A DNA stretch of 54,710 nt, counting the filler, from Squatina squatina (Eukaryota): NCBI GenBank assembly GCA_031763465.1. It is 3 parts of 3 records of this genome, joined end to end, with 100 filler letters (N's around TTAATTAATTAA, not from the genome) between each part and the next. Parts side by side here need not be neighbours in the genome. Positions count along the whole stretch, not along the records: positions 41,476 to 54,710 come from JARFOE010000001.1; 2 more parts are not named here. The stretch is one strand, 5' to 3'. Below the pieces are notes generated by a model. It was given only the letters and a program-made list of their open reading frames with translations, had not been told where the DNA came from and made no database searches. This document shows, piece by piece, positions 49,144 through 54,710 of this stretch; the stretch's first letter is position 1; each line of letters starts with the position of its first letter. The translations under genes were made by a program, and so were the position numbers.

Positions 49144-50716
49144 GCCTCTGGCATCTCCACCTCAAGTGGCTGTGCCCACATGATTTCAAGGTTATATAAC
49201 ATGCAGCAGATGATGGTGAGCTGGGAGACCTAGTGGGGCGAGTACTACAATGAGCCACCCGAGTAGTCAAGGCACCGAAACCTCTGCTTCAGCAGACCAA
49301 TGCTCTGCTCAATGAGATTGTGGATGGCACCATGGTTTTCATTGTATGAAAGCTCACGTGCAGTGGTGGGGTTTCGCAGGGGAGTCCTGAGCCATGTTTC
49401 CTGTGGATATCTCTTGTCACCGAGGATCCATCCTTGAAGAGAGTGTGGTGGCTGGAACATCTCTGGCATGCCGCCCTGCCTAAGGATGAAGGCATCGTGG
49501 GAGCNNNNNNNNNNTGTGTGGTCACACACCAGCTGAACGTTCAGGAAATGGTAGCCCTTCCTGTTGCGGAAGATCTCAGGATTGTTCTCTGGTGCCCCGA
49601 GGGCAACGTGGGTGCAATCTATTGCACCCTGAACCTTGGGGAACCCTGCAATACAAGCGAAACCAACAGCTCACTCTTGCTGAGCCTGCCTGGTGATTGG
49701 GAAGGAGATGTACTGCCTCCTCTTTCGATATAGAGCTTTAGTGACCTTCCTGATGCAGCAATGCACAGCATAGTGAGAGATGTTGCATATGTCCCATTGA
49801 AATGACCCATTAGCATAGAAGTTGAGGGCTACGGTGCTTTCACTGCTACTGACAGAGCCGTGGAAGCCCTGCTCTGAGGATGAAGGTCACCTTGCAATAG
49901 TTTGCATAGCTCCGTGATGACGTCTTTCCTGAAGCGCAGTCTTCGTAGACATTGCTCATTTGTCATCGGGAGATAGGCAAAATGTGGATGGAATACTCTG
50001 AAAGCATATCTCCTCCAATTGCCCTGGCCTTGCCCACCTATACCAGGAGCTGCATTCTGCCTTGTCTCTTGGTGGTAGGCTTCAGGGGGCTGTGGCACAT
50101 GAGCTTCTCCTTGCCACCTGGATGCCCCTCTGGCTCCTGAGCCCTCAGAGCATTCTGCACGCGCCTCATCTCCCACCATTGTAGGCAAAGCCTACGTCTT
50201 CGTCGAAGATAAATCATGTGATAACGATGAAGCTCCAGATCCACCACTAAACCAGCACCCATAATTTACAGTGCCCCACCACAAGGGCAGGAGACTGCAA
50301 CTCCAAGTCGGAAAGCTATGTCCCAATGCACTGCTGACACCCCTCAGAGACACTTTGCAGCAGCACAGCAGTAGGAGCAAGAATTGCTGATTTAAAATGG
50401 TTGCCAGCCAGGCCCCTTTAAATACCACTGCCAGGGACAAGATGGAGCTGGTCTGCGCTGAGAAATCCGGGTGGGGGCGGAGACCAATTCTCCTAGTGTG
50501 GTGCAGACTCGGTGGCGCGCAGGCTGATGACCTCACAGCCACCTGCCACCGCCACAACCCCGTCACCGGCTCTCAGCCTCCAACTCCGTTTTCACGCCAG
50601 CATGAGGCACTTCTGAATTCCCTGGTTTATGTTGCAGCCACCACCAGCGGGCGTTAGAGGTCTAATGCCCATTTCGTGCCCGATTAACGCCAGCATTTGG
50701 ACCCAATTGGGCCCCC
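49144..50716 (-). mobile_element. PIF/Harbinger transposon remnant with frameshifted transposase (about 50262 to 49144) and one terminus
   Basis: Peptides MTNEQCLRRLRFRKDVITELC, SHDAFILRQ, GWILGDKRYP, TPLRNP, IEQSIGLLKQRFRCLDYSGGSL. Terminus (reverse complement) GGGGGCCCAATTGG at 50716. The other end is lost in a gap. Confidence 0.9.
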
Positions 50717-51626
50717 AGTTTAAGGATAGAGCCAAAAATGAACACAAAGAGAAATAATTATCAAATTAATATATATATATACAAATTCAATCACCCCATC
50801 AAATCTGGCATGGTGTGTAGGCCACTTCACCTGCACGAAAGCACAGAAAAGCAATTGGAGACTGGCTCTTATATTTTTTTTCTTTTATTTTCATCTGCTC
50901 TTAAGCATCACGTCCTTCAGACCAGCCATTGAATCACATTATGCTTTATCCAGCCTGGAGTGTAGACTTCTTTATCAATTTTGCCAATGTCACTTGATAA
51001 CCATTGTCAGACATGAGGTACTGGTTCTGCTCATGTTTCAGCAAAATAATCCATTGAGCAACTTGGCTGAGAATGAGCAAATCAACACAATAGCAGGCGA
51101 CATCACATGTATGTTGAAGTTCAGGCACTCAAACAGGCCCCTCTGGGTGGACTTCAACGCTCTGTCAGGAGAACTATCAAGCAGCCTCTCTTTTTTCCAT
51201 CTCCTGATGCGGAAGATACATGACTTTCATATTGCGGGATGAATTATGTAATCATGTAAATAGCCCAGTTGGCATCATTAGCCTTCTTAATTGGAATATG
51301 GCAACCCAGTGCACTACAGGAAAAGTAGATGTATCACATTATGTATGTGGGCCTGTAACTTGCAATCTCCACTGAGTTCTGCCCGCAGCTATTTGGTCTG
51401 CCAATCACAAGGCCAATAATTAGAGCTGAACAGAACAAATTCTCAAGATCAGGATATTGTCAGACCTTGCCCTGGAGTATTCCTTTAACTGTTGTGCTAG
51501 GATCAACGATTTTAGATATAAGGGCANNNNNNNNNNNNNNNNNNNNNNNNNNNNNNNNNNNNNNNNNNNNNNNNNNNNNNNNNNNNNNNNNNNNNNNNNN
51601 NNNNNNNNNNNNNNNNNNNNNNNNNN

Positions 51627-51912
51627 AGGATCCCTGCAGTGCTGCTATGCGCACGTTCTTCGGCGCGTGGTTAGGAGAGGGCGTTATGACGTGCGGCGCT
51701 GTCGAAAGCAGCAATCATGCATCAAATCAGGTGTTCCATGCCGATTGACGTCACGACCTGCTCATTTGAATTTGAGAGGCCAGCACTGGCAATGGCAGCG
51801 CTATGCGCCTTACCAAAATAGTGGCTGCAGTGACCCGCACCAGAAGCGAGGCGGCAGCCATTTTTCCAGAAATACGGTGCTAATGATCGGTGGTAAGGTA
51901 GGGAGTTTCTAG
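51627..51912. mobile_element. GC/CpG-rich MITE-like fragment
   Basis: CpG-rich segment next to a gap, with motifs (GCGGCAGCCATTTT, GACGTCA) resembling those in the other GC-rich elements. Confidence 0.45.
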
Positions 51913-52472
51913 GCCTTTGGCACTCTTACAGTAAATCATGTTCTTCTGAGGTTGAAACTCGGACACGTGGTTGAAGCAGAGTAAAGGGAACTTTACTTTT
52001 TATCTACCCATGTTATAGCTGAGTGTGTAATGCTGATATTGGTACCTGAGTGGAGAATTATTTACATTTCCTAAAGCTATTATCTTCATCTTAGATAAGG
52101 TCAAAAGTTCAGTAAATTTAAAGAAGTAAGAAGTAACTTGGGCAATCAATCTTTGAACTCGCATGACCTCTTAGTTAAATTACAAAGAAGTGGAAAGCTG
52201 TCAAAAACATCACTGTTTATTTGGCAAATGGCTTTGATTCTCAAATAATGCTCCAGCAATTGTATTTTATTGATTTGGGGCCAATTTTATCTTCTGGAGC
52301 CAACAAGAATTGCATATAGTAACCAAAATTAGCTTTGTGGTTTTAATTTGCCAGAATTTATGCTTAATCACATGCGATAAAGTCTATAGTGTACAGAGCA
52401 AATAAAAGCTATTCTTAGACCTTCCGAACATGTTTTGCATCATTTCAGACTAAACTTTTTCTTTAAAACATT

Positions 52473-52760
52473 GGGCGCCCAATTCGGGTTTTTTTTCTGG
52501 CACTAAATGAGCGCTGAATCAGCGTTAAGTGCTTAATGCTGATTTTGGGCATTGAATTTAGCGGCGGACAATTTCGGGTCCCCAAAAAAATGGCGCTAAA
52601 CGGGCGCAAACCTTGTATGGCTGGAAACGCTCATTTTCGCGTTAGGGGTTCTGGATGACATCATCACTGGGCGCAACACCCAAAATGGCCGCCCACAGCT
52701 GAATTCGTCAAGGCTGGTGAGACTTAAAAGTAGCAGCGTCAACGCCCTGTTTTTTGGGCA
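52473..52760. mobile_element. Harbinger-type MITE (GGGCGCCCAATT family)
   Basis: Starts GGGCGCCCAATTCGGG. Internal near-palindrome AATCAGCGTTAAG-TG-CTTAATGCTGATT. A related start lies at 54633. Confidence 0.65.
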
Positions 52761-54249
52761 TTGACATGCTTGAGCTGATGATTTCCAGTTCTATCAAAAT
52801 CTCTGGAAGAAGGCTTCAATTGACATTTGATTGGGACCACCCTGATGCTCAAAACAGCTGCTTCTGAGTATTGCGGCCTCACCATGCCACTCTGAAAGTT
52901 AATGCAGCTGATTGCTGAGCACACCATCAAGGATTATAAATCACTATATAAATCGGTGGAAGAGAGCTTCAATTGAAAGTTGANNNNNNNNNNNNNNNNN
53001 NNNNNNNNNNNNNNNNNNNNNNNNNNNNNNNNNNNNNNNNNNNNNNNNNNNNNNNNNNNNNNNNNNNNNNNNNNNNNNNNNNNATTGGAGACCTATTCCA
53101 ATTGTGATAAACTTATGCGGGTTCACATAATTGGCAGGGATATAGCAAAACACAGTCAAGTAAAGAAAAAGCCTTCTGTTTATAACACCTACATCCTTTA
53201 GACGAGCTTTACAATGGCTTAGCTAGATCTTTTAAGACTATACCGTGCTTTTTCTTCTATCATATTTCATGTTAGTTTTTAGTACCTGAGCTACTGACAG
53301 ATCTTTCACACCTGGTTGGCTAAACCATATACATGTCAGATGAATAAAAATGCAGATGAATTCAGACTTGAAGCTTGTGTTTGGTTTCAAAGGGTTGAAC
53401 TCGCATCCTCCATGTAAAAGCTCAAACTGCATCAGTGAACCATGAAGCAATAATTCTGCTGGAAACTTGGTTAGATATTTGGAACGCAAATCCAAATGAC
53501 AGTAATCATACACATTGGTCCTCGCATTACTTGAAAGGAAACCTTACCAGCAGGGATACATTGAAAAGTTACACCATTGTCGATGCTCCTAACTGTTGCT
53601 TCGTTTTCCAGTCTTGTGTCCCTAGGACTTTCGGTCTAGGGCCTGCCTCATTGTCAAAGTTTTTATAGCGACACCAACATTGTAGATGTTGTCATGTATG
53701 ACAGGGTTGCAGTTTAACACCCCATCCAAAGGCCACCTAATTGTAGAATCAAAAAACATCCAAGCTTTCAAATGTCTCTTTCTAGTCAACCTATAGTATA
53801 AATGGTGCACCTTTATGAAGATTGAATTAACTGTATCTATCTGAATGTAACTGATTACTAATTAGTTAATAGGAAAATGAATTTAATCCAGAAATTTGTT
53901 ATGTATTCCAAATATTAGAAAAGCTTATTTAAATGTTCAATGTTGGATCACAATTCAACTTTTCAACCTATTAATATTTTTGACTATAAGACATCATCAG
54001 GGAGATGATCATTTACAAATGTAAATATTTGCATTATTTAAATATCCATAAATGTAGCTGTTTGACAGCAATTCTTTTCAGAGATGTTAGTGTGAAAAAA
54101 CCTATACACTGGCGTGCATCACCTGTCAAGTATTTTCACTGAGCATGTAATGAAGTTTATGACTAACTTTATTATAAAATGTATTTATTAATCCAATAGA
54201 AAGGTAGGAAATGTGTTTTAAAGATCTGTGCGGTCCGTATGAGCCTGGA

Positions 54250-54590
54250 TTTAAAGATCAAATTAATGTCTGGTGAAAAACTACTGGTTACAGAAGGTCA
54301 ATATTAAAACTTCTATGATAAGCTATGTTCAGTTGACTTTATAGATTAATTGTGATGCTTAGAATTCTCTCATCTCTGGAGAAATGAGGCATCAGAGACT
54401 GCAATGCTGTAGTGAGTGTCAAAACATGTTTAAGGTTAGATTCCTGTCTGGTGGAAGGTTATTGTCTTCAGAGGTCATTTTAAGGTTCTGCTACATTCAA
54501 TTGGTTTTATAGATTAACAGTGATATTTTAATTTCCCCCATCTCTGGAGAAATGAAACAGCTAGAACAGTGTAGTGCTGTGGTTTATGTA
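54250..54590. repeat. Diverged ~170-180-bp tandem duplication
   Basis: Shared blocks TGTCTGGTG (54267/54445), TTTATAGATTAA and CATCTCTGGAGAAATGA (54371/54539). Confidence 0.8.
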
Positions 54591-54710
54591 ACTTAATACC
54601 TTTTAATTGATTTTCAAAATTCTAAAAATAAAAGGCGGCCAATTCGGGTTTTTAAAGTTTCTAGCGCTAAGTGCTGAATTTAGCGCTGGAAATGGGACTC
54701 TTTGAAAATT

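Noticed and set aside
49144-50262. Possible domesticated HARBI1 gene
   Set aside because: Multiple frameshifts and stops plus an adjacent transposon terminus indicate a dead transposon copy.
50946-51242. Short overlapping ORFs next to the Harbinger end (possible Myb/SANT partner)
   Set aside because: No SANT/trihelix tryptophan pattern, and they lie outside the apparent terminus.
796-53201. Many ORF-track entries containing long X runs
   Set aside because: They are open only because N gaps contain no stop codons, and most have no recognisable protein. Exceptions overlapping real exons or TE fragments are annotated separately.

Overview
Draft vertebrate genomic DNA, most likely from a shark or other chondrichthyan (inferred from the DeuSINE/SacSINE1-like, CR1, L2, Penelope-like and GC-rich Harbinger-type MITE content). 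It is heavily gapped. Two synthetic linkers (44N-TTAATTAATTAA-44N at 24185-24284 and 41376-41475) split the window into three blocks whose adjacency may be artificial. Block 1 (1-24184) holds the terminal sulfotransferase exon of an HS3ST3-type gene (+) and repeats. Block 2 (24285-41375) holds 3' exons of an ADCY10-like soluble adenylyl cyclase (+) converging tail-to-tail on 3' exons of an SLC4A10/SLC4A8-type Na+-coupled bicarbonate transporter (-), including a short stop-containing cassette exon and an ETCL PDZ-ligand terminal exon. Block 3 (41476-54710) has no recognisable host exons but contains a decayed PIF/Harbinger transposase. A second, older Harbinger transposase lies in an SLC4 intron. 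I found no convincing wholly new system. The best leads are the bicarbonate sensor/transporter gene pair, the ambiguous SLC4 paralogue with a conserved PDZ switch exon, a Harbinger/MITE family sharing termini, NRF1-motif-bearing hAT MITEs and a truncated hammerhead ribozyme core. Protein and repeat family assignments are from recalled sequences, not database searches.
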